This document shows, piece by piece, positions 8,668-18,625 of a stretch of 64,000 nucleotides of DNA. Every line of letters begins with the position of its first letter. The first letter of the stretch is position 1. Made by a program: the position numbers and the translations under genes. Source of the DNA: a virus; the IMG/VR virus record IMGVR_UViG_3300042567_000108, positions 15,357 to 79,356 of that record; one strand, 5' to 3'. Under the pieces are notes generated by a model. It did not search any database. It was not told where the DNA came from and saw nothing but the letters and a program-made list of their open reading frames with translations.

Positions 8668-10578
8668 ATGAACGTGGCTACACCAGCGCACAAGGGATTC
8701 AAAAAGGGTGGGGAACACCACCTCGCCAAGGGGGTTGCCCAGGCTAAAGCCGATGTACTTGACAGGGTACGTCAAGGGGTGAGTGTCCAAGCCGCTATGG
8801 TTGCGGCGGGTAAAAAACCAGACACCGTTCGTCAGTGGATGAACCGAGACCCCGAGTTTGCCCGTAACTTGGAAGAAGCCAAGGAAGCGGGAAGTAAGCA
8901 GACCTTCACCGCCATGGGCGTTGAGAAGGAATCTATCCCATTTGCGGATTTCAGTAAGATGTTTTTTGACCAGACAGTCTTCCCCCATCATCAGAACTGG
9001 GTAGACCTACTGGAAGGGCGCGAACCTTCGTGGCTCCCGCCTTCTATAATTTATGAGCCAGGTGAGGGGAACCGCCTGCTAATTAACGTGCCACCTGAGC
9101 ATGCTAAATCCACGGTTATCACCGTGAACTATCCGACTTACCGCATCGCCCTCAATCCTAACATCCGCATCATCGTGGTATCAAAGACATTGAATAAGGC
9201 ACGCGAGTTCGTATACGCTATCAAGCAACGATTGTCTCATCCCCGCTGGCTCAAGTTACAGACCGCATATGGTCCCGAGGGCGGATGGAAAGAAGACGCA
9301 GATACTTGGCGTACCGATACTGTCTATCTTGGCGGCGATGCGCGTAACTCTTCAGAAAAAGACCCAACGCTTCAGGCGCTAGGTATGGGTGGTCAGATTT
9401 ACGGCGCCCGTGCCGACCTGATTATTCTTGACGACTGTATCACTACCGCTAACGCCCATGAGTGGGAACAGCAGATGAACTGGCTACAGAAGGAAGTTAT
9501 TACTCGTTTGGGTAAAAACGGTAAACTTCTAGTAGTAGGGACTCGAATTGCGGCAAACGACCTTTACAAAGAACTTCGCAATCCTAAGCACTGGTCTGGC
9601 GGTAAGACACCGTTTACCTATATGGGTATGCCTGCAGTTCTTGAATATGCTGAGAAACCCGAAGACTGGCAAACCCTATGGGCTGAGTCGGATGTTCCGT
9701 GGGATGGTGATTCGGATACTCCGAAAGAGAATGGATTCTATCCTAAGTGGGATGGACCAGCGCTCTTTAAGCGCAGAAGCGAAGTTACACCGTCAACATG
9801 GGCACTTGTCTACCAACAAGAAGACATTCAAGAAGACTCCATATTCCCGCCAGTACTCGTGCAGGGAGCGACCAATGGGATGCGCAAGCGCGGACCGTTA
9901 AAGGCTGGAGCAGCAGGACATCCTCCACAAGTTGAAGGACACACTGTAATTGGATTTGACCCTGCTATGGCAGGTAACGCTGCATTTGTTGCGTGTACCT
10001 ACAACAGAGCAGATGGCAAGATTTATGTGCTTGACTGCATCAACATGGAAGAGCCAACACCACAAAAGATTCGGGCGACAATTGAAGAACTCGTTATTAA
10101 GTACAGACCACAAGAGTTCCGAGTTGAAATTAACGCACACCAGAAAGCCTATTCACTCGATGACGACTTACGAAACTGGCTTGCTGCATACGGCGTACGG
10201 CTTGACGCGCACTTCACAGGGAAAAATAAATGGGACACTTCGTTTGGTGTTGCTTCAATGTCTAACCTCTTTGGCACTGTCCGTGAAGACAAGTTTCAAA
10301 AAAACAACATATTAGAATTACCTTCATCTGAAGGTTCTGAAGGTATCAAAGCCTTGACTCAACAACTCCTAACATGGAAGCCAGAGACCAAGGGTAAGAC
10401 CGATACCGTCATGGCTTTATGGTTTGCTGTGATTCGCATACGCGAACTGATGCAGGCTAGTAGCCGAACATCGCAGTACGCAACAAACCGCTGGGCAACA
10501 CGTGCTCAGATGGACCAACGCTATGCAGTAAACCTCGATGAGATGTTTGCTGAGCAGTGGCAAGAAAACTTCGGATAA
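8668..10578 (+). CDS. terL: Terminase large subunit with N-terminal HTH extension
   Basis: NVPPEHAKS Walker A, LIILDD Walker B, GFDPA nuclease motif, DTVMALW. Confidence 0.92.
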   Translation: MNVATPAHKGFKKGGEHHLAKGVAQAKADVLDRVRQGVSVQAAMVAAGKKPDTVRQWMNRDPEFARNLEEAKEAGSKQTFTAMGVEKESIPFADFSKMFFDQTVFPHHQNWVDLLEGREPSWLPPSIIYEPGEGNRLLINVPPEHAKSTVITVNYPTYRIALNPNIRIIVVSKTLNKAREFVYAIKQRLSHPRWLKLQTAYGPEGGWKEDADTWRTDTVYLGGDARNSSEKDPTLQALGMGGQIYGARADLIILDDCITTANAHEWEQQMNWLQKEVITRLGKNGKLLVVGTRIAANDLYKELRNPKHWSGGKTPFTYMGMPAVLEYAEKPEDWQTLWAESDVPWDGDSDTPKENGFYPKWDGPALFKRRSEVTPSTWALVYQQEDIQEDSIFPPVLVQGATNGMRKRGPLKAGAAGHPPQVEGHTVIGFDPAMAGNAAFVACTYNRADGKIYVLDCINMEEPTPQKIRATIEELVIKYRPQEFRVEINAHQKAYSLDDDLRNWLAAYGVRLDAHFTGKNKWDTSFGVASMSNLFGTVREDKFQKNNILELPSSEGSEGIKALTQQLLTWKPETKGKTDTVMALWFAVIRIRELMQASSRTSQYATNRWATRAQMDQRYAVNLDEMFAEQWQENFG

Positions 10579-10588
10579 GGAAAATAAA

Positions 10589-10891
10589 ATGGCAATGATG
10601 AAAAAAGCAGTAGCAAAGAAAGCAGCAGTAAAGATTACAGGAACTGCTAAGTCAACTGGCGGCAACATGAAGAGCCAGGCAATGAAGAAGGTAGTAAAGA
10701 AGGCTGACCCAATGAAAACATCAGCACGTTCTCACCAAGCAGATTTAGCAAGAATGTCAGGCGACACAGCAGGAAACAAAAAGTTTAGAGATGATAAAAA
10801 GGCTGGCAAAATGTATCGCGAAGATAAACCAAGCCCTGCATATATTGCTGGCAAGAAGGCTGAACGCCGCACACTTAAGTCATTTAAGTAA
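10589..10891 (+). CDS. Lys/Met/Ala-rich basic protein
   Basis: MAMMKKAVAKK...; AAGGA RBS. Confidence 0.7.
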   Translation: MAMMKKAVAKKAAVKITGTAKSTGGNMKSQAMKKVVKKADPMKTSARSHQADLARMSGDTAGNKKFRDDKKAGKMYREDKPSPAYIAGKKAERRTLKSFK

Positions 10892-10900
10892 GGAAATAAA

Positions 10901-11080
10901 ATGCCAGTACCAGTAGCAGCAGCAGTAATTGCTGGAACTATGGGCGTAGTAGGTGGACGCTTAGTTAAAAAGCAATATGACACTCACAAAAAATTAGAAA
11001 AATTAAACAAGAATACTTCGCGCACTGAAAGTGGTATTAAAGGTCGCGGTGGAGCAAACGTAAATAAACTTTACAAGTAA
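10901..11080 (+). CDS. Small basic protein (59 aa, not in ORF track)
   Basis: MPVPVAAAVIAG...GIKGRGGANVNKLYK; motif shared with the ORFs at 50095-50863. Confidence 0.7.
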   Translation: MPVPVAAAVIAGTMGVVGGRLVKKQYDTHKKLEKLNKNTSRTESGIKGRGGANVNKLYK

Positions 11081-11105
11081 TTCTTAATCAATCGTTAGGA
11101 CAATA

Positions 11106-12863
11106 ATGTTAACAATGGACCAGATTGGCGCGAGAGTCCAGACTCTGCGCTACCGTGCGCATGGTCGTGACCAGCGCAACGGTGACGTACAGATGGTGCG
11201 CCAAGGAAAGATTAGTCAGGTATACCCTAACTTCTTTCCAGATGGTATTGACCAAAACGTAGTTGCTAACTTTATTGATATTGTTGCACGTGACTTGTCA
11301 GAAGTTATGGCACCGCTTCCAGCGGTAAACTGTTCTGCTGCCAACCAAACTAATGACCGTGCTCGTAAGTTTGCTGACACACGCACACGTATTGCATCTA
11401 ACTACTTTAATCATTCTGATTTACAAGTACAGATGTACAACGGTGCAGACATGTACATTACATACGGTTTCCTCCCATTCATTATTGAATTGGATGAAGA
11501 AGCAAAGTTGCCACGTATCCGACTAGAAAACCCAGTGGGCGCTTACCCAGAGTTTGACCGCTACGGACGTTGCGTTGCCTTTGCTAAAAGATACTCAATG
11601 ACACTAGGTGAGTTAGTTGCGATGTTCCCAGAACATCAAAGCGCACTACTTGGTAGAGATGGGTACAAGCAAGACCTTAACGGCATGATTGAAATGATTC
11701 GTTATTACGATAAAGACCAAACAGTTCTTTATTTACCATCACGCAACAATATGTTATTGTCGCATGCATCTAATCCTATGAAGAAGATGAACGTAATCAT
11801 TGCACGCCGCCCTTCACCAGATGGTGAATTGCGTGGGCAGTTTGATGATGTACTTGGTATTCAGTTACTTCGCAACCGTTTTGCATTACTTGCAATGGAA
11901 GCAGCAGAGAAGTCAGTACAAGCACCAATTGTTTTGCCACAGGATGTACAAGAACTACAACTTGGTGGAGATGCTGTTATTCGTACAGCAAACCCAGCAG
12001 GTGTACGCCGTGTTGAACTTACGCTCCCACAGGGTGCATTTACAACACAGCAGGTACTTAACCAAGAACTGCGCGTTGGAGCGCGTTACCCTGAATCTCG
12101 TACGGGTAACATTGATGCTTCAATTGTCACTGGACAGGGTGTACAGGCTCTACTTGGTGCATTTGATACACAAGTTAAATCAGCACAGGCTATCTTCTCA
12201 GCAGCACTGCGTGATGTTATTGCGCTTTGCTTTGAGGTAGATGAAGCATTATTTAACGAAGAAAAAACAATTCGTGGTATTGATGCTGGTTCACCGTTTG
12301 CTTTAACTTATATTCCTTCAAAGGATATTAAAAAAGATTATTCTGCAGATGTAAGATACGGAATGTTGGCTGGATTGAATCCAGCACAGGGACTTATCTT
12401 TATGTTGCAGGCACTTGGAGGGGGACTTATCTCCAAGGACATGGCTATGCGTGAACTACCATTCGGCGTCAACGTGACTCTTGAACAAGAGAAAATTGAA
12501 ATTGAAAAGATGCGTGACGCATTGGTTGGTTCATTAGCATCTATGGCACAAGCAATTCCTCAAATGGCTATGCAGGGACAAGACCCATCAGCACTAGTAC
12601 GCCAGATGTCAGAAGTGATTAAGGCACGCAAGGCTGGCAAGTCTATTGAAGATGCCATTGAGGAAGTGTTTAAACCTGAGAATCCTCCTGCTGGCGCAGA
12701 GGCACAGTCTGAGCAACCTGTCCCCGCTGCTCCTGGTTCCGCTCCAGCAGGAGGCGCTCCAGTACCACAAGGGCGACCAGACTTACAATCAATTCTTAGC
12801 ACTATGACTGGCGAAGGTCAGGGACGTAGCGCAGTACGGACAACTAGAGAACGAGCAGTCTAA
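11106..12863 (+). CDS. Portal protein
   Basis: 585 aa following the terminase; Pro/Gln-rich tail; strongly conserved with 50863..52629. Confidence 0.85.
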   Translation: MLTMDQIGARVQTLRYRAHGRDQRNGDVQMVRQGKISQVYPNFFPDGIDQNVVANFIDIVARDLSEVMAPLPAVNCSAANQTNDRARKFADTRTRIASNYFNHSDLQVQMYNGADMYITYGFLPFIIELDEEAKLPRIRLENPVGAYPEFDRYGRCVAFAKRYSMTLGELVAMFPEHQSALLGRDGYKQDLNGMIEMIRYYDKDQTVLYLPSRNNMLLSHASNPMKKMNVIIARRPSPDGELRGQFDDVLGIQLLRNRFALLAMEAAEKSVQAPIVLPQDVQELQLGGDAVIRTANPAGVRRVELTLPQGAFTTQQVLNQELRVGARYPESRTGNIDASIVTGQGVQALLGAFDTQVKSAQAIFSAALRDVIALCFEVDEALFNEEKTIRGIDAGSPFALTYIPSKDIKKDYSADVRYGMLAGLNPAQGLIFMLQALGGGLISKDMAMRELPFGVNVTLEQEKIEIEKMRDALVGSLASMAQAIPQMAMQGQDPSALVRQMSEVIKARKAGKSIEDAIEEVFKPENPPAGAEAQSEQPVPAAPGSAPAGGAPVPQGRPDLQSILSTMTGEGQGRSAVRTTRERAV

Positions 12864-12873
12864 GGAGTAAACC

Positions 12874-13104
12874 ATGGCAACACCTCGTAAGAGAAAAGTA
12901 CAAACAGTTGCTGATGAAAGTTATTCCAAGTTAGACCAATATTGCATTTGGTTAAATGAATACTACCGCTCTTTAAAGCGTGCTGGTTTCAGCGAAGACA
13001 TGGCATATTGGTTATTAACAAACAAGGACTCATACCCTGACTGGGTTAACGGAGTCAAAGTAAAAGACATTATTGAACATATTGAAGATGAGGAGGACGA
13101 ATAA
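12874..13104 (+). CDS. Hypothetical protein
   Basis: AAGGAG RBS; YYRSLKRAGFSED motif. Confidence 0.65.
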   Translation: MATPRKRKVQTVADESYSKLDQYCIWLNEYYRSLKRAGFSEDMAYWLLTNKDSYPDWVNGVKVKDIIEHIEDEEDE

Positions 13105-13517
13105 TGCCAAGAGGCGGATACCGTCAGCCTAACAACCCAGCACCTGTATCAGGTCCTGGTGCACTTTCACAGCGCACAGATGGTGGAGCAACAGAAGGTA
13201 TGACACAACCACAACAACGATACACAGGATTTAACTACGGTGAAGGCGGAGAAATTGCTGCGCAACAAAGCAGCGCACCGCTTGCTGGTGCAGGATTTCC
13301 TGACTTTAAGTTTACGCCACTAGACGCTCCAACAGAGCGTCCTAATCAACCAGTAACTGCTGGTATTGATATTGGAGACGGTGGCGGTTCAGAGTTAATG
13401 GCAGGTATGCCTAACTATGCACCAACACTAACTGATACATTAAAGCGTCTTGCACAGTACGACCCATCAGGCGATGCAGAATTAATCTATAGACAACTAC
13501 TTGATAACGGGTACTAA
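13104..13517 (+). CDS. Small Pro/Gly-rich virion (internal) protein
   Basis: PTERPNQPVTAGID motif matches PTMNPDEPITAGIN in 53198..53647. Confidence 0.65.
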   Translation: MPRGGYRQPNNPAPVSGPGALSQRTDGGATEGMTQPQQRYTGFNYGEGGEIAAQQSSAPLAGAGFPDFKFTPLDAPTERPNQPVTAGIDIGDGGGSELMAGMPNYAPTLTDTLKRLAQYDPSGDAELIYRQLLDNGY

Positions 13518-16500
13518 TGCCTCAGTATATCAAACCTGTTGTTGCTGAAGTTTCACCTAACCTTTATGCTGCTGCTAAATCTGCGGGTTTATCTGGCGTA
13601 GAAAAAAACCAAGTAGAACAAATGAGTTACACGATTAAGAAGCATCGTGAACTTGCTAAACTTGGCACTGAGGGTGCACGCAAAGAGTTTGACCGTTTAG
13701 ACCCAGGTATTCAAGACCAATTAAGATTTATGTACAAAGATGCGGAGTACATGCAGGAAGCACCTGATGCTGCTGACCGCGTTATGGGTGTAGTTAAAGG
13801 TGCTGCTAAGATTGCGGCTTCACCGCTTATTGGTTTATTTAAACTAGGTGGACAATATAACCGTTTAATTAATGCTCCTTATAAGGTTGCTCGTCAAGTT
13901 TCACAGGGTGCAGATTTATTTGCTGCTAAAACTTGGACTGATGCATGGGATGGTAAGAACCAGTATGACCAAGGTGCACTAACAGAAGCAACAAACTACT
14001 TTGGTAAGTTTGATGTTGAGGTAGCAAAAGGATTACTTGCTGGTAAGACTCCTGGTGAAATTGTTCAAGATTACGGCAGAGTAGACCCTAACCTACTTAA
14101 CTCAATTAAAAAAGCCTACGATGACCCTGATGCTTTTAAGCAGGTTCTAGATGGTGTTAAGTATGCACAGGTTTCACCTGGTCGAGATATTGCTCGTATG
14201 CTTGACCGCAAGCCACCTTCAAGTGGTGTTAGCGGAAGCACTAAAAATATTTCTGGTGTTATTGATTTTATTTATCAGATTGCAGTAGACCCGCTTACTT
14301 GGATGACAGGTGGATTAAGCAAGGGTGTTACTAAGGGTGAGCGTATTGCTAACTCACTTACTGAAGCAATTAACAACGGCGTTCCAATTGAAAAGGCTGT
14401 TGAAACTACATTTAAAAATCCATTAGTATTTGAACTATGGGAAAAAGGTATTGGTCCTGCAATTAAAAGAGTTGCAGAGGCTAAGAATCCAGGTGACAAA
14501 TCACTAGCAATTGATAACATTGCTAAAAACTTTCCAGGATACAATGACCCTAATGCTATTAAAACACTTAGCGAAGCCAAAGTATTTGATGCTGGCACAG
14601 CACAAAAGTTTTTCGAAGATGCTGGCAATTTAAATTTATTGCTTGCTGGTCGTGTTGATGGTGTAACCTACATGCGTAATGGCGTAGCAGTTGCTCGCAC
14701 AAATCGTTTGATGTCTGATGCAATTACACGCTCACTTGATAATTTATTTAACAACATGAGCCGTACAGGTAAGGAACGCGATGAAGCGTTAACACCTATT
14801 ACAGCAGCATTACTTAATACTGAAGATGCTTTACAGCGTTTAATTAATCCTAATGCTGACATGTCTGTTGTGTTAAAGGCTAATGAAGAAATTAAAGGTT
14901 GGAAAAGAATTGGGCAGATGGCTGCTCGTTCTCCACAAGGGCTAGAAGTACGCATTGGTGTTAATGCTGTTGATACTGCTGCTAATTTTACAGCACGTGC
15001 ACGTCAGATTCTTCCTAAAGAAATGGCTCAAGCATTAACTGTACGATTCCTTGAGTCAACTGCTGATGAGCAAATTGTTATTTTGCGTAACTTAGATGCT
15101 GCAACCATGTACTCAATGGGTCTTGGTGGTAGCGTTAAGGGTGAAGATTTAATTATTAAAACACTTCAAGACAAGTATGGTGACAAAGCAGGCTTTGCAA
15201 CTAAAAGAGACCTAGCAATTAACCCAGACCATGCTAAGTTTGCACCAGCAAACTCTGTACGTGAGTCCGAAACTGGATTTTTTGTTAACACAGAAGGTCC
15301 AATTCAGCCATACCAGTCAACTTGGGCTGTTGGTCCACTACCTTATGACATAATTGGTTCAACTGTATGGGAAATTAAGTCAAAGAAAAATATTGTTAAT
15401 GCACTTGGTGGTGCAACACAGGGTAATTTCTCAAAAAAATTAGTTGATGCTTGGTCTATCTTAACTTTGTTCCCACGTTTAGGTGTGCGTTCTGCAATTG
15501 ATGAAGCAACAATGTATTTGTTGTCTGCACCTAATAAAGATTTGCGTCATTTTGCATCTCTTGAAGGTTTGCGTTTAGGAAATATGTCTCGTGCCTCTAC
15601 AGGTTCTAAGTCTGCTACAGGTCCAATTCGTGAAGGCATTCAAAAGGCTTTAAGTTTTATACCTAAGTCTGATAGACCAATGCGTATTGGCAAACAGCCA
15701 CGTTATTCACACGAAGAAGCATTAACATTGCTAGACCGTCAGAATATTCTTGAGGCTAAGGCTCTTGAGTTGGGTGTTGACCCAGTAATGTTGTCTAGTT
15801 TAGAAAAGCGTCAGGCTATTTCTGAACATGTGTCTCAAATGTATGGTCGTTACGTTGACCCTGAATCTGCTGGTTATTTAATGCAGGCATTTATTCACTC
15901 ACCTGATGCCCTAAACTCTATGGCTTCTTCATTAGTTGCTGCTAGCGGTATTTCTGGTCGCTATGGCGATGAAGTTGCTGCATCAGTTATTACGCCATCT
16001 ATGCTTGACATGGCTTTTGAGCAACTTGGTATTAAAATGGGCAAGGGCACACGTACCATTGACACTGGTATGCTGTCAGAACAAGAAGCAGCGCTAGCGC
16101 ATTTTGAAAAATGGTTTAAGATGCTTGCTGGTAACAAGGCTAAGTTAACAGATGAACGTACGCTTAACCCAGCAGATATATTTTTTAGATACAATGCACT
16201 TAAGCCAGGTGAGATTGACCCTCGCACTGGTAAAGAAATGATGGAACTAGCATTAGATGCTGGTATGACTAAGGTTGGTTTTGAGTTTAGCGACTTAACT
16301 AAGACTTGGGTTATTAAAGATGAGAAGGCTGTTAGAGCGTTTCTTGAACGCTCCATGTACACAGTACAAGCCCGTGCTAAAGGTTTAGATGATGAACAAA
16401 TTGTACGTGGTCAGTTGTTCCGCATGTTTAGTGATATGTATGAGACTTTTCATGGCGATGCAAACAAGTTTAATGAGACACTGCTTGGTGTAGTTAAAGA

Positions 16501-18625
16501 CAGTTATCGTCAACTACAAAAGATGGCTACTGATAGTGGTCGTGTTCCTTCATGGAATGAAGCAGTTGCTCGTATTCCGCTAGATGAGTTCCAAGATGCT
16601 AGCAAGGGTTTCCGCATTAGCGGACCCATTAATACTGAATTAGCATTTGGTGACTTTGATATTGAGTCTGTATTCAGACGTTACGGTAATACTATGATGG
16701 ATATGATGGATAAGCAGGTAACTGGTATCTTTCGTCAGCCAGCAATCATGGTTACATATGCTCAACTTCGTAAAAAGTATGCAGGCATTGAGCGTGAGTT
16801 TGTACGCCAACAAGTAAAGAATGAAATGGGTCCTTTTGCTGGGGCTACACAAAAGCAGATTGACGCTGTTACTGAAAAGTATAGAGCAATTGCAGAAAAA
16901 CGATTTACTGAATTAGCAGTGCGTGAGGCAGCAGATACTATCCTTAAGTTTGCTGATAACCCTAAGATTCGTTCTAACTTTTCATTTAGTCTACGTACTG
17001 TAGGTCGTTACTACCGTGCAACTGAAGACTTCTATCGCCGTCTTTACCGCTTGAAGGATGTTGCACCACGTACGCTATATCGTTTGCGTTTATCTAACGT
17101 AGGTCTTGAGGCTAGCGGTGCTGTTTTTGAAGACCAGAATGGCGAGCCATATGTAGTAATGCCTATGGACAACGTAATCTTTAAGGCAACTGATGGTGCG
17201 TTCCGCGCACTAACAGGTAACTTAGGATACAGCCAGCCATTGTTTAACGAGTTTACATTTAAACTCCGTATGGTTAACCCATCATTCTCACAAGATGCAG
17301 GTCTTCCTACACTATCTGGTCCTATTGCAGGACTAGGTGTTATTGCTGTAAAGAACTTATTGGGTACAGTACCAGGCAAGATTCCATTTGTTGGTGGTCA
17401 GATACAGCCATATGCACAGCAGTTAGGTGAGAGCATTGATACATTTGCGCTAGGTAGCATCGGCGATAACGTAGATGTTTTCCGTGCTGTAGTACCTGCT
17501 TCATTGCAGCGTGTATGGGCAGGACTTGGTATTGATGAAAAGTCTCGTCAACAGACGACTGCTGCTATGCAAGCGGTTGCTTATAATGCAGCAAATGGCA
17601 TAGGTATTGACCCTAATGCTAGCGATTTAGAGAAGGCTAAGTACCTAGATAACATTCGCATCTCAGCACACAACGTGTTGTTTATGCGTCACTTCTTAGG
17701 ACTATTCTCACCAGTTGCTCCTACAACTATGGAAACCGTAGGCGTTCCTGACTATATTAAGGAAACAGGTATTACTAGCCTGCGTTCAGAGTTCTTTGAT
17801 ATTCTTAATGGAATTACTGCTGCTAATCAGGGTGACATTGCAGACCCATATGAGGCTGCATTGGCTACATACATTGGCAAAAACCCAGGCAAACTTATCT
17901 ACACAGTGTCTCGTGAAGACAAGCAGACCAGAGTTCTTATTAAGAACACAGATAAGTTAAAGGACTGGGGCATTAGAAATGCCAAATTAGTAGAGCAGTA
18001 TGGCGAAGCAGCCTACATTTTTGCACCGCAAATTGGTGACTTTAATGCTGCTACATATAATTGGATTCAATCAGCAGGACTTGTTAAAAGCAAAAGCCTT
18101 GAAAAGTATTACAAGGATTTGCAGACAGCAGAAGACAAGCAGAAGTATTATGACATTGCACGTCAGGAAAAAGAAATCCTAGCGGAAATGTCAGACCCAC
18201 AACTGCGTGCTAATGTTATTAAAGCGGCAACGCAGCAGCGTGCTGCACTTAAGGCTAACAATCCATTGCTTAACTCAGCGCTTATTGGTGAGGGTAATAC
18301 CATTGGTAATGAGCAAGTGCTAATGAATAGCGTAGAGCAAATGATTAGCAACCCTGATGTAAAGATTAATGCAGCAACACGTCAGCGTATGGCACTAGCC
18401 ATCAAAATGATTCGTGAGTTTATTGCGTTCTCTACTGACCCAGAACTAAAGAATGTTAACAATGCACCACAGTTAAAGGCTGCACGCAAGGCACAGATTG
18501 AGGCTGACTTGAATGAATTAATGCTAGGCGACCTGTATGTAACAGAAGCAAACCGAGCAATCTTTAGGTCAATTCTTAATTTCTATTCACGTGATTCATA
18601 CTATGCTTATAAGGAGTTAAAGTAA
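13517..18625 (+). CDS. Large internal virion/ejection protein
   Basis: 1702 aa in the virion operon; short motifs shared with 53647..58260. Confidence 0.6.
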   Translation: MPQYIKPVVAEVSPNLYAAAKSAGLSGVEKNQVEQMSYTIKKHRELAKLGTEGARKEFDRLDPGIQDQLRFMYKDAEYMQEAPDAADRVMGVVKGAAKIAASPLIGLFKLGGQYNRLINAPYKVARQVSQGADLFAAKTWTDAWDGKNQYDQGALTEATNYFGKFDVEVAKGLLAGKTPGEIVQDYGRVDPNLLNSIKKAYDDPDAFKQVLDGVKYAQVSPGRDIARMLDRKPPSSGVSGSTKNISGVIDFIYQIAVDPLTWMTGGLSKGVTKGERIANSLTEAINNGVPIEKAVETTFKNPLVFELWEKGIGPAIKRVAEAKNPGDKSLAIDNIAKNFPGYNDPNAIKTLSEAKVFDAGTAQKFFEDAGNLNLLLAGRVDGVTYMRNGVAVARTNRLMSDAITRSLDNLFNNMSRTGKERDEALTPITAALLNTEDALQRLINPNADMSVVLKANEEIKGWKRIGQMAARSPQGLEVRIGVNAVDTAANFTARARQILPKEMAQALTVRFLESTADEQIVILRNLDAATMYSMGLGGSVKGEDLIIKTLQDKYGDKAGFATKRDLAINPDHAKFAPANSVRESETGFFVNTEGPIQPYQSTWAVGPLPYDIIGSTVWEIKSKKNIVNALGGATQGNFSKKLVDAWSILTLFPRLGVRSAIDEATMYLLSAPNKDLRHFASLEGLRLGNMSRASTGSKSATGPIREGIQKALSFIPKSDRPMRIGKQPRYSHEEALTLLDRQNILEAKALELGVDPVMLSSLEKRQAISEHVSQMYGRYVDPESAGYLMQAFIHSPDALNSMASSLVAASGISGRYGDEVAASVITPSMLDMAFEQLGIKMGKGTRTIDTGMLSEQEAALAHFEKWFKMLAGNKAKLTDERTLNPADIFFRYNALKPGEIDPRTGKEMMELALDAGMTKVGFEFSDLTKTWVIKDEKAVRAFLERSMYTVQARAKGLDDEQIVRGQLFRMFSDMYETFHGDANKFNETLLGVVKDSYRQLQKMATDSGRVPSWNEAVARIPLDEFQDASKGFRISGPINTELAFGDFDIESVFRRYGNTMMDMMDKQVTGIFRQPAIMVTYAQLRKKYAGIEREFVRQQVKNEMGPFAGATQKQIDAVTEKYRAIAEKRFTELAVREAADTILKFADNPKIRSNFSFSLRTVGRYYRATEDFYRRLYRLKDVAPRTLYRLRLSNVGLEASGAVFEDQNGEPYVVMPMDNVIFKATDGAFRALTGNLGYSQPLFNEFTFKLRMVNPSFSQDAGLPTLSGPIAGLGVIAVKNLLGTVPGKIPFVGGQIQPYAQQLGESIDTFALGSIGDNVDVFRAVVPASLQRVWAGLGIDEKSRQQTTAAMQAVAYNAANGIGIDPNASDLEKAKYLDNIRISAHNVLFMRHFLGLFSPVAPTTMETVGVPDYIKETGITSLRSEFFDILNGITAANQGDIADPYEAALATYIGKNPGKLIYTVSREDKQTRVLIKNTDKLKDWGIRNAKLVEQYGEAAYIFAPQIGDFNAATYNWIQSAGLVKSKSLEKYYKDLQTAEDKQKYYDIARQEKEILAEMSDPQLRANVIKAATQQRAALKANNPLLNSALIGEGNTIGNEQVLMNSVEQMISNPDVKINAATRQRMALAIKMIREFIAFSTDPELKNVNNAPQLKAARKAQIEADLNELMLGDLYVTEANRAIFRSILNFYSRDSYYAYKELK

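Noticed and set aside
13517-18625. Tape measure protein or virion RNA polymerase
   Set aside because: No tail tube or chaperone genes, the position is upstream of the capsid gene, and I could not recognise polymerase motifs.
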